Assembly (NCBI GenBank): GCA_951406725.2
Contig: OX597815.1
Location: forward strand, 204,972,001-205,036,000
Source: Octopus vulgaris
Lineage: Eukaryota
Reading direction: 5' to 3'
Length of the DNA stretch: 64,000 nucleotides
The notes below the pieces were generated by a model that saw nothing but the letters and a program-made list of their open reading frames with translations, had not been told where the DNA came from and searched no databases. Every line of letters begins with the position of its first letter. Within the stretch, counting starts at the first letter, position 1. Of the stretch, positions 13,272-26,915 are shown piece by piece. A program made the position numbers and the translations under genes.

Positions 13272-13714
13272 ATGCATGTATGCGTGTATATATACATACA
13301 TACATACATACATACACACATACATACATACATGATGGCTGTCCAATCGTAACCGAGGAAGAGCTTTGCAAAATAGCAACCTTGCCCGTGCATGCGGTTA
13401 TTGCACGAGCTGTCGGCTTCGCATGGATTCGCTTCCGCGGCGCTCTACTCGGCTGAGCATCGAATAGTTGTCTCACTGGAGATTGTATATCCTAAAATTT
13501 TGGATCCAAAAAGGCTTTCACACAACCTCGCCGACCCTTGTCACTCTACTGACATGATCCAGAAACAAACCAGGGCAACATATTCAGTGCCTGTATGAGT
13601 CGCAGACTCAGAAAATGCCTGTGGTGAAATTTAATAGATGCCATTGCCAGGAATGAAAAAATCGTTAGAACTAGGTTTTCATAAATGTGAATGATACCGG
13701 TAATATTTTAAGAA

Positions 13715-14498
13715 TGGAAGGCGGCGAGCTGGCAGAAACGTTAGCACGCCGGGCGAAATGCTCAGCGGTATTTCGTCCGCCGCTACGTTCTGAGTTCAAA
13801 TTCCGCCGAGGTCGACTTTGCCTTTCATCCTTTCGGAGTCGATAAATTAAGTACCAGTTAAGCACTAGGGTCGATATAATCGACTTAATCCGTTTGTCTG
13901 TCCTTGTTTTTCCTCTCTGTGTTTAGCTCCTTGTGGGTAGTAAAGAAATAGGTATTTCGTCTGCCGCTACGTTCTGAGTTCAAATTCCGCCGAGGTCGAC
14001 TTTGCCTTTCATCCTTTCGGGGTCGATAAATTAAGTACCAGTTAAGCACTAGGGTCGATATGATCGACTTAATCCGTTTGTCTGTCCTTGTTTTTCCTCT
14101 CTGTGTTTAGCTCCTTGTGGGTAGTAAAGAAATAGGTATTTCGTCTGCCGCTACGTTCTGAGTTCAAATTCCGCCGAGGTCGACTTTGCCTTTCATCCTT
14201 TCGGGGTCGATAAATTAAGTACCAGTTAAGCACTTGGGTCGATATAATCGACTTAATCCGTTTGTCTGTCCTTGTTTTTCCTCTCTGTGTTTAGCTCCTT
14301 GTGGGTAGTAAAGAAATAGGTATTTCGTCTGCCGCTACGTTCTGAGTTCAAATTCCGCCGAGGTCGACTTTGCCTTTCATCCTTTCGGGGTCGATAAATT
14401 AAGTACCAGTTGCGTACTAGAGTCGATCTAATCGACTGACTCTCACCAAAAAAATAAAATAAAATAAAATTTCGGTCTTTGTGCCTAGAGTAGAAAAG
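13715..14498 (+). mobile_element. SINE family B with internal tandem array (3 x 184 bp plus partial unit)
   Basis: tRNA-like head GGCGGCGAGCTGGCAGAAACG, B box GAGTTCAAATTCC. Units start at 13769, 13953, 14137 and 14321. TSD AATATTTTAAGAA at 13702 and 14499. Confidence 0.9.
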
Positions 14499-14561
14499 AA
14501 TATTTTAAGAAAGTGTTTGTTGACTGAATTGATCTGCAGTACTCAAGTTTTGTTTATTTTA

Positions 14562-15856
14562 TTAGTTTGTCCTGGAAAGTTCTGAGCGTTTTTAAACTAA
14601 ATCATTTAATGCTTCATTGAACACACCTGAAACGACACAGTTAAAACTTTGGCGTTGCTTGAAGTGGTAATGCATCTCTTCTTTATTCCTGACTAGAAAT
14701 CGATTTATCTTTTACTCCGGTTACCATTTATTCACATTTGAAATGAATAACCAAAAATTTCATATTTGCGTTGTAATGCTTTTCTTTTTTTTTTAAAAAA
14801 AAAAAGGAGAAAATGCTGCAAAGACCTGCCAAAATATTTGTGAAGTGTATGGTGAGGATGCTGTGAGCGAATCAACTATTCGAAAGTGGTTTGCAGGATT
14901 TAAATCAGGTAAGTTTAACTTGGAAGATAACAGTTGCAGTGGAAGACCTTCAAAATTGGATGAAGGTGTTTTGAAGGTAAAAATCGAAGAAAATTCAAAT
15001 ATCAGGACTAGAGAACTAGCAGAGTAGTTGGAGGTTTCTAAAAGTACGGCTCATGAACACCTAGTGAAGCTAGGATACATTTCTCGCTATAATGTATGGG
15101 TCCCTCACAAACTCTCAGAATAGAATTGCTTAAACCGGTATTCCGTTTGTGATACGCATTCGAAACGGAATGAAAGCATACATTTTCTTAAACAACTTGT
15201 GATTGGAAAGGAAAAATGGATTTTGTACAAAAACGTAGTACGAAAAAAATCCAGGAGTGTGCATAAGGATCCCCCAAAACAGCAACCAAAGACGAATATC
15301 TATGCAAAAAAAAAAACCCGTACTCTATGTTTGGTGGAATCATAAAGGCATTATTTATTATGAGCTCCTCTCACAAAACCAGACCATTAATTCTGATATG
15401 TACTGTCGTCAACTGGCTAATTTGAACAAAAGAAATCAAAGAATTGAGGCCGGAGATTGCCAACAAGAAAGGGGTAGTGTTCCAACAAGACAATGTCCGC
15501 CCGACCACATATATCTTTGGCAACCCAAGCAGAGTTACTTGAACTTGGCTGAGATCTCTTACCCACCATATTCTCCTAATATTGCACCATCCGACTATCA
15601 CTTGTTTTTGTCTCTACAGAACTCATGCAAGGAAAAACATTTAATGATTTAGATGGAGTCAAAATGCATCTAGATATCTTTTTTTTCTTCAAAACCAGTC
15701 AAATCTTATGCTGATGGAATATCTAAATCGCCTCATTATTATTATTAAAGGTCATTAATAATAATAGAAATTACTTCATTGAAAAATTTTGAAATATCAC
15801 TTATTTATATCCCTTTTTGCATATTAAAACTGCTGAGAACTTTCCGAACAACCTAA
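14562..15856 (+). mobile_element. Full-length decayed mariner transposon (~1.3 kb)
   Basis: Imperfect ~30-bp TIRs (TTAG.TTGT..GGAAAGTTCT). Transposase remnants WVPHKL, GKEKWILY, QDNVRP, PPYSPNIAPSDYHLF, with stops and frameshifts. Confidence 0.93.
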
Positions 15857-16649
15857 TGTAAAAGATTAAAGGCTAAAACTCAAATTCATGGACAACATAT
15901 GGAAGGGGCATAACTCATGCTTACTTGTGTTAGGGGAAGCAATCATGAACTGAATTCCTTCCCTTGAATTATGTCGGTCTTCTTCAATTTAATGCGAGTC
16001 TTGATGTTTTGATGATTTTATATGTACCAATACCGTTTCTATCTCGAATTCACTGTAATGCATACATTGTACACTCACACACACACGAACAAACACAGAC
16101 GAGCACACACACGCACACGCACACACAAACACATATACATACATACACACAATTCTATGGGTACTAATGGTGACGTCTCGCTGAATGGATGCTTTAGTCA
16201 AACTAGACAGAGATAGACAGAGAAATACACGGGGAGAGCGAAAAAGAACTGGGGTCAACAAGGAAGCTTTTATATGTTTGGAGGACCTGTTCGAAATAGC
16301 AGCCAAGTCTTCCTCGCATCAGATCCTACCGTCTGAAAAGAAGAAGGGCGCATTGGATAATGCAGCACATGATACACCGTCTCAAAAAATGATGTGACTA
16401 TAATGGTCGAAATGTCTTTGCGCATACGTTCTCTTCCATTAGGGATTACTTAGGGGTTGAACAGTTGTGACAACAATAGTTCTGTATTTCTGTTTAAGAC
16501 AGTAAATTCTCGGTGTATTGTTTAACATATAAAATGCGTTGTTGAACACCTGCCCGGTTTAATATCTCCAACATCAAGTTCAATCCATCGCAAGCATTTC
16601 AACCAGGCTACACACACAGCCCTTTTTTCGACGATTGTTTTTTGTTTTG

Positions 16650-16714
<65 letters not shown>

Positions 16715-17028
16715 TCTGGCATGTGTTGGGTTGTACATTTATCTATCGTATGATTTCTCATCTTCTATGAAAATTATCTCCGAAATTGTAAACATATAAC
16801 CGTCAAACTTTGTTCCATGATAAATATGCTACTTAGTTTTTAGTGTTGTATTGATTAATTTTCTTGGATAGCAAATCTGAAACCCCGTTTCATTTCCACG
16901 GAATCGAAACGCTGATGCTCTTGGAGAAGACAATTTTCCCGCCTCATTCTCTGAACAGATTCCTTACTAAAATACCGAGAATTTCATAAGGGAAAATAGA
17001 GGGCGTTTATTCTAATTAATATTTATTA

Positions 17029-17537
17029 CCGTAAATCTTCGAGTATAATCCGCATTTTTCCCCCAAAATTTAAAGGTCAAAATCCCTAGTGCTTACTATA
17101 TACGAGGTTAAAAATGAAAAATATTTTCTAAGCAATGTCCGAGTTTCTATTTGCTGTCTGGCAATGTTTATTCAGACGCATTTTGTGATGCCGGGCGCGA
17201 AAATACCTTAAAGCCTGAAAGCAATGAAGACTCATCTATAACTTGCAGTAAGCAACATTTATTAAAATAAAAGTATTCAGAACACAGAATAACATGTAAC
17301 AAAAACAATTTGCAAACATATTTACATTCCCATATAACAGTTAAGAACATCACCATTATTGTATTACGCATGTGCGGAAATGTTTGTTCGACTAGGTGCT
17401 GCTGGCTTAATTATACACGACTCAAGTTAGAGAAAGGGTGAGTATTATACATTAGGTTTAGATTTTTCAGAGGTACAACCCCCTAAAAATCCCCTGCGTA
17501 TTATACTCAAGGGTGGACTATACTCGAGGATTTCCGG
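17029..17537. mobile_element. pogo/Tigger-like MITE
   Basis: TIRs CCGTAAATCTTCGAGTATA / TATACTCGAGGATTTCCGG with TA on both sides. Confidence 0.8.
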
Positions 17538-17644
17538 TATGTCATTTCTATTTGATTGTTTCTTTAGTTCAGGTTTGCTACAAAAATTATCAAATAATAT
17601 AAATGTTTGGGGCTGTATAAACGAAAAGATATATACTCAGTTAC

Positions 17645-17968
17645 CAGACTAGAATTTGTTGGAAGCGCCATCCAACCAAAATGCAAATATATGGGAAACT
17701 ACCACCTGTGTCATCTCTTGTGAAAGGTAGGAGAGTCCAGTTTGCTGGACATTGTTGTTGGGCTGAAAAGAAGTAATTTCTACTCTTCTCCTCTGGAAGC
17801 CATCTACTCGCAATACCAGAGGGCGCACACTCTCCTACCCTGATGTAATCTCCAAGGATACAGGCATCCAGCAACAGGACCTCCGTAATGCCATGATGGA
17901 CCGTGAAGTCTGGCGTAGCATGGTAAATTCCATTGTCTCGACCACGGTCGAACAATGATGATGATGAG
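17645..17968 (+). pseudogene. RTE-like LINE 3' fragment
   Basis: WKRHPTKMQIYGKLPPVSSLVKGRRVQFAGHC, followed by a (GAT)n tail. Confidence 0.75.
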
Positions 17969-19050
17969 AATTTGTTTGTTCGAAGTTAAGGCTTCACACC
18001 TTCACTAATTAAGTTCTAATGGAGAAGGAAACAGCAATGAACTTGCTGTATACAGTGCTCAGGTGCTCTGCATCTCATCAGAAAAAGTAGCCAAAAGTGG
18101 ACAGTACATGGACAGTACATAATGCGCAGGAAGTGAACAGTGAATGAATCGTTAAACAAAATGGTTTTGCAGGGGAACATCAAGTGTACCGTTGGCGAAT
18201 TTCGGGATACATGGAAGTTTTGAAGGATGTAGTGTCCCAACAGCTAACAACTGATGCAGGTAATTGAATTCCTGCTTCAGTAATTCTGAGCGTGAAAAGA
18301 TATTTCCGAAAGTCATGGGTGTTATGTTGTTTTTTTTATTTGTTAGCATATCCACGAGTGTTAGACAAATGGATTAAAGGATTTCTAAATGTGTAAATAC
18401 TTCATAAGACTCCGATGAGATTTTAAGGTCCAGCTCTTAGTTTTCATGTCATGGCGTGAAACCAGTGAAAGACAAATCTTCCGCTGGTTGTAATTGTATT
18501 TATTTCATGTAACATGGACAAGACACCTACCTTATATTCCCAACCGCTGTAGAATGTAGATGAAAATAATTCTCTCGGAAATACATTAAAAAGCATTCTA
18601 CGAAATGGAGCTCAGCACTACTAAACAGGTAATCAAACAGTTGATTCACTTGACCGTCTCATCTCCATAATCGACGAGTGAGGAAATCAGATTTTCACTT
18701 TTAATTTCATTTTGAGGCAAATTTGCCAGAGATTTTGCTTCCCAAGTCATTCACTGCCGATCGCGTTCGACAGCACAACGATGCAATCATTGCCAGATAT
18801 ATCGCTCACTTTCTCCTTCTCTTTTTCTTTCTCTCTCTTTCTCTCCCCTCCCCCCCCTCTCTCTCTCTCACACACACAAATAAGATGGAATAATTTGTCT
18901 CCAGTTATTGTACGAGAGATTTAATCTTCATATTCTGTCTTCATGTGAAATATCCATGGCAAAGGTCTTTATTACTAATGGGCTACTTCGCCTCCATTCA
19001 ATAGATTGCTGCTGCTGCTGCTGCCGTTACTGCTGCTGTTGGTGTTGCTG

Positions 19051-19407
19051 TTGAGTGTAGCGGTCTTCGTCCAGATGGGAGAAGTCCAAAACGTGGTCCT
19101 TTGCTATTCGTAAGACCCGCAGAAGAGAGAGCAGGTCAACCCCCGACACCGAGAGCATCGACGGATGGATGAATGCGCATCCAGGCCCAGCGGTAGCGTA
19201 GGAAGTTGGGGACAAGAAACAGGAAGAAAGAGTGAGTGAAAGTTGGAGCGAAAGAGTACAACAGGGGTCGCCACCACCCCCTGCCGGAGCCTCGTGGAGC
19301 TTTAGGGTGTTTTCGCTCAATAAACACACACAACGCCTGGTCTCGGAATCGAAACCGCGATCCTCCGACCGCGAGTCCGCTGCCCTAACCACTGGGCCAT
19401 TGCGCCT
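19051..19407 (-). mobile_element. tRNA-derived SINE family C (tail type 1)
   Basis: Head GGCGCAATGGCCCAGTGGTTAGGGC...GGTTTCGATTCC. Near-identical copy at 41804-42147. Confidence 0.85.
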
Positions 19408-19604
19408 TCTTGCCGTTGCTGCTACAGCTTGTTACTACTGCTGCTGCTGCTGCTGCTGCCGTTCTTGATGTTATTGTTGTTGTCCCAATCCTCTGTCATC
19501 TCATCTTCTTTCCAATCTGTCAGTATCCCGCATCCCAGTAAGAAGTGATGTTGTTAGAACTGAGGTAGATCATTTCTTTTGGCTGTGAACATAACGATAT
19601 TACT

Positions 19605-19812
19605 ATTCTATATTTTCGAGATGAGAAATTCTGTACATTATTTATAATGGACGGATATAGCTCTCCAGCTTTCATCAGGTGTTCTGGTGGAATTTCGAAC
19701 CCAACCCTTCCACCAGAAGACTTGATGAAGGCTGGAGAGTACATCAGCAGAAACGTCGTGATACCAACAAACAAGATGAGGACACCTATCCGTCCATTAT
19801 AAATAATGTACA
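19605..19812. mobile_element. Fold-back PLE end with degenerate hammerhead at 19717-19762
   Basis: Inverted arms TGTACATTATTTATAATGGACGGATA / TATCCGTCCATTATAAATAATGTACA. Same family as 43305-43667. Confidence 0.7.
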
Positions 19813-19994
19813 TGGAGACATCTTTAGACAATTTTGCGCCGAGATAACCATAGAAACAGCCCGAACAATAAAATCAAGGCAGCTTTATGTAGTCTCTCGA
19901 CTGCCAGAAATAACAGTCCAATCTCCTGCAAATTAATCCCTGCAGTTTTGAAATGAAAAGGAAGGACACGTAGTATAATGTAATGCTTTTTTTT

Positions 19995-20186
19995 CTTTTT
20001 TATTTGTTTCAGTCATTTGACTGCGGCCATGCTGGAGCACCACCTTTAGTCCTACAAATGGACCCCAGTACTTATTCTTTGTAAGCCTAGTACTTATTCT
20101 ATCGGTCTCTTTAACCGAACCGCTAAGTTACGGGGACGTGAACGCACCAACATCGGTTGTCAAGCAATGGTGGGGGGACAAACGCA

Positions 20187-20273
<87 letters not shown>

Positions 20274-20435
20274 GACGGGTTTCTTTCAGTTTCTGTCTAC
20301 AAAATCCACTCACAAGGCTTTGGTCGGCCCGAGGCTATAGTAGAAGACACTTGCCCAAGGTGCCACGCAGTGGGACTGAACCTGGAACTATGTGGTTGGT
20401 AAGCAAGCTACTTACCACGCAGCCACTCCTGCGCC
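19995..20435 (-). mobile_element. SINE family A
   Basis: Full-length match to the other copies. Confidence 0.9.
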
Positions 20436-20459
20436 AAATAATAACTATAACGGTTTCAA

Positions 20460-20885
20460 TTTTTGGCGCAAGAACAGCAGTTTTGAGAGAGGACCTAAGT
20501 CAATCACATTGACTCCTGGTTGACTGGTACTTATTTTATCAACCCCGAAAGGATGAAAAGTAAAATCAACCCGGGTGGAATTTGAACTCAGGATGTAAAG
20601 ACGAACGTAGTGCCGCTAAGCATTTTTCCCGGCGTGCTAACGATTTCACCAGCTCACCACCTTAATGTAATCCTCAGTATTGAATCCAAAATTTGGCACA
20701 AGGCCAGCAATTTCAGGGAAGGGGAGATAAGTTGATTATATCGACCCCAGTGTTTAACTGGTATTTTCTTTATCGACTTGGAAAGGTTGAAAGGCAGAGG
20801 GGACCACAGTAGAACATCAAGACCAACGAAATGCCGCTAAGCATTTTGCCCGGCGCGCTAACGATTCTGCTTGCTTGGCGCCTTA
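20460..20885 (-). mobile_element. Two diverged SINE B copies in tandem
   Basis: GGTACTTATTTTATC.ACCCCGAAAGGATGAAA and CCGGCGYGCTAACGATT motifs, repeated. Confidence 0.7.
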
Positions 20886-21468
20886 ATGTAATCCTAAAAG
20901 ATATAACATTGTCTAAGAGAAGGACAGGATGGCCATGGCTGGAACATCTTAGATCATAAGTGTGTATAGTCCAGATCTGACCTGGTTCTAAACAACTACA
21001 CAACGACTCGGTAATAAGAGGAAAAGCTCCTATGTTGTCAAACGGCGGTGGTGGTAGTGGCGGCGGTGATGGCGGCGGCGGCGATGATGATGATGATGAT
21101 GATGATAGTGCTGGTGGTGATAGTGGTGGTGGTGGTGGTGATGACAGTGCTGGTGATGGTTGTGATGGTGGCTACAACAATGACGACGGCAACATACAAT
21201 AAACTATAAATAAAGAAACAGTACAGAAACACACAACTAGATATATATATAAAAGCAGGTTTCACTTAAAATTCATGGTTGAATGAGGGCCATTAGGCCC
21301 CACTCCAGCTGTAAAACATCTGTTGACACAGATCGTGCAGATCTGAGAAAAAATATGAAAGAATCGTGATAGTAATAAACGAAGAGATTAGTTGAACTGT
21401 CAATATCCAGGGAGATAATGGCTATCTTCGAAATGTCTCGCGGGAGAGGGGGATTTAACTAAAATAGG

Positions 21469-21965
21469 CAGGGCCGGATTAAGACCCATTGAGGCCCTAA
21501 GCGCTTAAAGGATTTTGGTGCCTCCATATGTAATTCAAAATATAAACAATAATAAAGTATAAAATAAATTTATATTTTTCAAATGAAACAAAACTAACAG
21601 TAAAATAGAAAATAATGTTTATTTTTGTATAATTTATGTTGGCGCGTGGCTTAGTGGTTAGGATGTCAGCATCATGATCGTAAGATTGTGGTTTCGATTC
21701 CTGGACCGGTCGACGCGTTGTGTTCTTGAGCAAAACACTTCAGTTCACGTTGTTCCAGTCCACTCAGCTGGCAAAAATGAGTAACGCTGCGATGGACTGG
21801 CATTCTGTCCAGCTGGGGAACACATACGCCATGGAAACCGGGAAACTGGGCCCATGAGCCTGGCTAGGCTTTAAAAGGGCGCTTTTTTTTTTTTGTATAA
21901 TTTATATTCAAAAAGTTTTCTCCTACTAATTTTTTTTTAATTGCAAAGTTTTCGTTCAGATCCTC
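21469..21965 (-). mobile_element. hAT transposon 3' end carrying a nested SINE family D (+, 21641-21882)
   Basis: TIR CAGGGCCGGATTA; homologous to 36668-37288. The nested SINE has a tRNA head and TSD TTTTTGTATAATTTAT. Confidence 0.75.
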
Positions 21966-22034
21966 ATCGATGACACCATAAACACTTCGAAATTATAGTT
22001 CTAATCATATAAACCAATTTAAATACTATTTTAA

Positions 22035-22169
22035 CAACCCACATGGTTCTGGGTTCAGTCCCACTGCGTGGCACCTTGGGCAAGTGTATTCTACTGTAGC
22101 CTCGGGCCGACCAAAGCCTTGTGAGTGGATTTGGTAGATGGAAACTAAAAGAAGCCCGTCGTATATATG

Positions 22170-22204
<35 letters not shown>

Positions 22205-22415
22205 GTGTTTGTGTGTCTGTGTTTGTCCCCCTAGTATTGCTTGACAACCGATGCTGGTGTGTTTACGTCCCCGTAACTTAGCGGTTCGGCAAAAGAGACC
22301 GATAGAATAAGTACTAGGCTTACAAAAGAATAAGTCCCGGGGTCGATTTGCTCGATTAAAAGGCGGTGCTCCAGTATGGCCGCAGTCAAATGACTGAAAC
22401 AAGTAAAAGAGTAAG
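22035..22415 (+). mobile_element. SINE family A, 5' truncated
   Basis: Match to the other copies. Confidence 0.9.
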
Positions 22416-22850
22416 TTTAATGTGATTTCTTTTGTACCGTAATTCATTTACCATTTCTGCGTGCACCCCTTCACCTGGTGTCCTAAGCAGGTACTTATTT
22501 TGCATTATGGTTAATCCAATGCCGGAAACAGATGTGTACCTATTGAAATCGATTGGTTATCATGTGAGACTATTGTTTAATCCAAGACAAACATTTTGCG
22601 AATTAAACCACAGGAGAACCTCCACATGACTGAGCGACCTGTGAGACATAGCAGAAAAATCTCCCTCGAATCACACAATTCTACTGTTAAAAGAAGGTAG
22701 ATGAATTATTAGATATATGGGGAAGAGGTGAAAAGAAAAAAAGTAGAATGAAATGTGAAATTGAAATATTACATCGGAGAGAGTACGTAACACAACAGAA
22801 ACATGTACATAGAAATTATTATTCATAAAATAATGAAAGATACTCAAATA

Positions 22851-22905
<55 letters not shown>

Positions 22906-23194
22906 GCGATGGGTAAATTGTGGCCATTTTATATTTTTACTTTCGCGCATGCACTTTGTTTGTTTTTGATTTTGTCAAATACAGAGTATAGTAGGGTCAG
23001 CTGGGCACCGTCTGTAAGAAAAACAGCACCATGACGCAATTATGACAGCAATCCACGTTCTGAGTCTGAAAACAATCTTTCAGGCTCAGAACGTAAAGCC
23101 TGAAAGATTGCTTTAAGATACATGGCGCATTATATAAACATGCCTGTTCAAGTATCATAAAAGCATGATACTGTTAGCAGCTCTTTCGGATATA

Positions 23195-23411
23195 TATTCA
23201 AAATGTAACCACATGAGGATCGTTAGCGATTTTTTTCTCCGTCTTCCTTTTCTCTTGGACTTTCCTCCATTTCCTGTTTCCGACGAAGAGCTTTGCTCGA
23301 AACATAAAACTCCCTTTCCTTCCTTGAGCGTCTGCTAATACTTTGCATGTACCATGTCCTCGCGTTGTTGTTATTTACTTGTGCGTTTTCTTCGTTTTTT
23401 TAAAAATTAAC

Positions 23412-23415
<4 letters not shown>
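23195..23415 (+). mobile_element. PLE end with hammerhead-like motif at 23276-23310
   Basis: GTTT CCGACGA A GAGC-ttt-GCTC GAAACATA AAAC. Relative at 25155-25365 (-). Confidence 0.65.
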
Positions 23416-23485
<70 letters not shown>

Positions 23486-23843
23486 TGTATGCGTGTGTGT
23501 GTGTGTCTGTGTGTATGTGTGTTTACACAGTAATACCAAGGACAATTATGAGCATCAGTAAGTGTAAAAGCAGTGCAGTAGAATTTAAAAAAAAAACAAA
23601 CCATAAAACAACAGTATTCTTTGTAGACCGTATGTTAAGTAGGGTAGTAGGTGTATGGGTGGGCGTGGATGGTGCACAATTAATCAGCATGACATATGGG
23701 TAGATGCTTCGAAAGTAGGGAATTGGGGACCTGTGGTTACCCTGAGTAGAGTGTTAAGTAAACCCGTCAAGCAGTACCTACACTTAATTACTAATCCGTT
23801 GTAAATAAAAAAAACACCAAATTCAGGCTTTCTCTCTGTTCTG

Positions 23844-23908
<65 letters not shown>

Positions 23909-24037
23909 CTCTCTCTCTTTCTCTCTCTATTTATCTATCTAGCTACCTGGCTCTCTCTCTCTCTTTGTCTCTCTCCTTCTCTCTCTCTCTATATATATAT
24001 GTGTGTGTGTGTATTACATATTTGTGTATACATATAA

Positions 24038-24068
<31 letters not shown>

Positions 24069-24081
24069 CATACATACATAC

Positions 24082-24178
<97 letters not shown>

Positions 24179-24358
24179 TTTCTGTGAAAGTTAGAGGTTG
24201 GGAAACCAACCAACTAAGGGATAATACTTATCCAATATACTGCTGGTATTGTACCCAATTATTCATACCCAAGTGCTAGTTATTGCGTGGCAATCTCGCA
24301 ACTGAGTGTGTGTTATATGTGGGCGGGTGTAAAAAGTGGTTTACCCTTAATTTATACG

Positions 24359-25052
24359 GCAAATAAGAAAATGGAGAAGATACAAGAACGACACACATCA
24401 GCCGGTAGATGTATGTCTAGTATTCTAGTATGTCTATTTATTCCATTGTATTAGAATGTATTAGACGAATACGTACACCTGCAATAACCATGTATTACAT
24501 GTGCTAATATTACAGAAAATTCCAAAAGATCAGTTTGTCACAGTTTGTCCTTACGGCCGTTTCTGCAAAGAGGAAACGAAATCCGCCATGCCCTCTCCAT
24601 CTCTTCAGTGTTCTGTAGTGATTGGCAGATAAAGTTTGGATGATGAATGTGCGTCTAGGCTTCTTCAGAGGATCTAAGTGGCTGGGAGGGCTAATACATT
24701 TAAGAATATAAGAATATTTATATTAGTCCTCCCAACCACTTAGATCCTCTGAAAAAGCTTAGAGGCACATTCATCATCCAAACTTTATCTGCCCATCACT
24801 ACAGAATACTGAAGAGATGGAGATGGCATGGAGGATTTCGTTTCTCCTTGGCAGAAACGGCCGTAAGAAACTAGTGCCTAGTGACACACTGATCTTTTGG
24901 TATTTTCTGTAATATTAGTACATGTAATACATGGTTATTGCATGTGTATGTATTCTTATAATACATTCTAGTACAATTGAATAAATAGACATACTAGAAC
25001 GTCTACCGGCTGATGTATGTCGTTTTTGTATCCTCTCCATTTTCTTATTTGC
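24359..25052. repeat. Long inverted repeat (~335-bp arms, ~22-bp spacer), probably PLE-derived
   Basis: Arms ~24359-24697 and ~24720-25052 are reverse complements with scattered mismatches. Each carries a hammerhead-like motif. Confidence 0.9.
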
Positions 25053-25059
25053 TATATAT

Positions 25060-25365
<306 letters not shown>

Positions 25366-25384
25366 ATACATATATATATATATA

Positions 25385-25451
<67 letters not shown>

Positions 25452-25798
25452 CATACATACATACATACATACATACATACATACATACATACATACATAC
25501 ATGCATGCATACATGCATGCATACATACATACATACATACATACATACATACATACATACATACATACATACATACATACATACATACATACATACATTG
25601 GTATATATGAGGTTTAAACGTGATCTTCTCAATTACGTATTGGTTTTCCTTTGTCTGCTATTATGAAGTTGTCGTTCACCCTTGAACTGTATGTTCACTT
25701 TACGTAACACCATACTATACTAAATTACATGCATACACACATGAATATATATATATATATATGTACATATGTATATATATATATTGTAAAGCTTGCAT

Positions 25799-25848
<50 letters not shown>

Positions 25849-26233
25849 GCTGCATAGACTTTTATTATATTTATGATTTTTATGCGTCAATAAATTCATC
25901 TGGTTCATTGTTCACTGACTTCTTTGAGTTGCAATATGACTCTCTAGCAAAAAAATACATTAATTTCACGGTTCATATTCAACCACATAACACATAAATG
26001 CGCACATAGATATACAAAAAACTCGGTTATAGATTTATGACTGTGTGTTTGTCCATCTATCATTATGCATGCACATCTGGGTGTATAGATGTGTGTTCGT
26101 GTGTGTATATATTCTAATACATCTTAGATCGGTTTCAAGGATTGTACTCCAGTCAATCGATCGCCTAAGCAACTCACGTCATGATTGTTGATATAATACT
26201 AATGGAGTATTCCACACTCATTTATATCCATAA

Positions 26234-26629
26234 CTAGCAGTATCGCCCGGCGTTGCTCGGGTTTGTAAGGGAAATAACTATATAAGCATTTTTAGAGAGT
26301 TATAGCCAAAAAATAGCCAAAAAATGCATTAAAATGGAAAAAAAATGATGGTAATTTTTTTTTAAATCGTTGACTCATCGTAGACATTTTTAGAGAGTTA
26401 CTTCCCTTATATAATAGCGAAAAAATGCATTAAAATGTGAAAAAATGATGGTAAATTTTTTTTTAATCGTAGACTCATCGTAGACGCGCGCTAATACCCA
26501 GAAGGGCTCGATATGAATCACGACTATAAGATACCCGGTTTTGGTTAAACTGCACCGCAAAATGTGGGAGTAGTTAGGAATCTAAATCGTAGAAGACAGA
26601 CAGCACACAACCTCTCTTATATATAAAGA
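26234..26629 (-). mobile_element. Non-autonomous Helitron
   Basis: Minus strand: A|TC start, ...CCCGAGCAACGCCGGGCGATACTGCTAG|T end. Confidence 0.8.
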
Positions 26630-26845
26630 TATATATCTTCAGGTGTTATGCGGTGTGTGGAAAGGCTGTTCTTTTATATTATAGGTGCAGCCCTTCAACT
26701 AAGTTCCGCACAATTTCTGTCAACGTAGTTTTACGTAAAAGGCTTTAGGTAGGCTCGAACTGGACCATCATGGTTGCGTAGAAAACTTCTAAACTATTTA
26801 GGCAGTCCCCCAAGTGCTAGCACACACACACGCTCACACACACAT

Positions 26846-26915
<70 letters not shown>

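Noticed and set aside
13769-14410. CRISPR-like or tRNA gene array
   Set aside because: Units are contiguous and near-identical with no spacers. Units after the first lack the A-box part of the head, and I found no hammerhead core in them.
18016-18700. Coding-looking unique sequence
   Set aside because: Short ORFs with no recognisable motif or convincing splice pattern.
22901-23050. Possible Tc1/mariner terminal fragment after (AT)n
   Set aside because: No partner TIR or transposase motif found.
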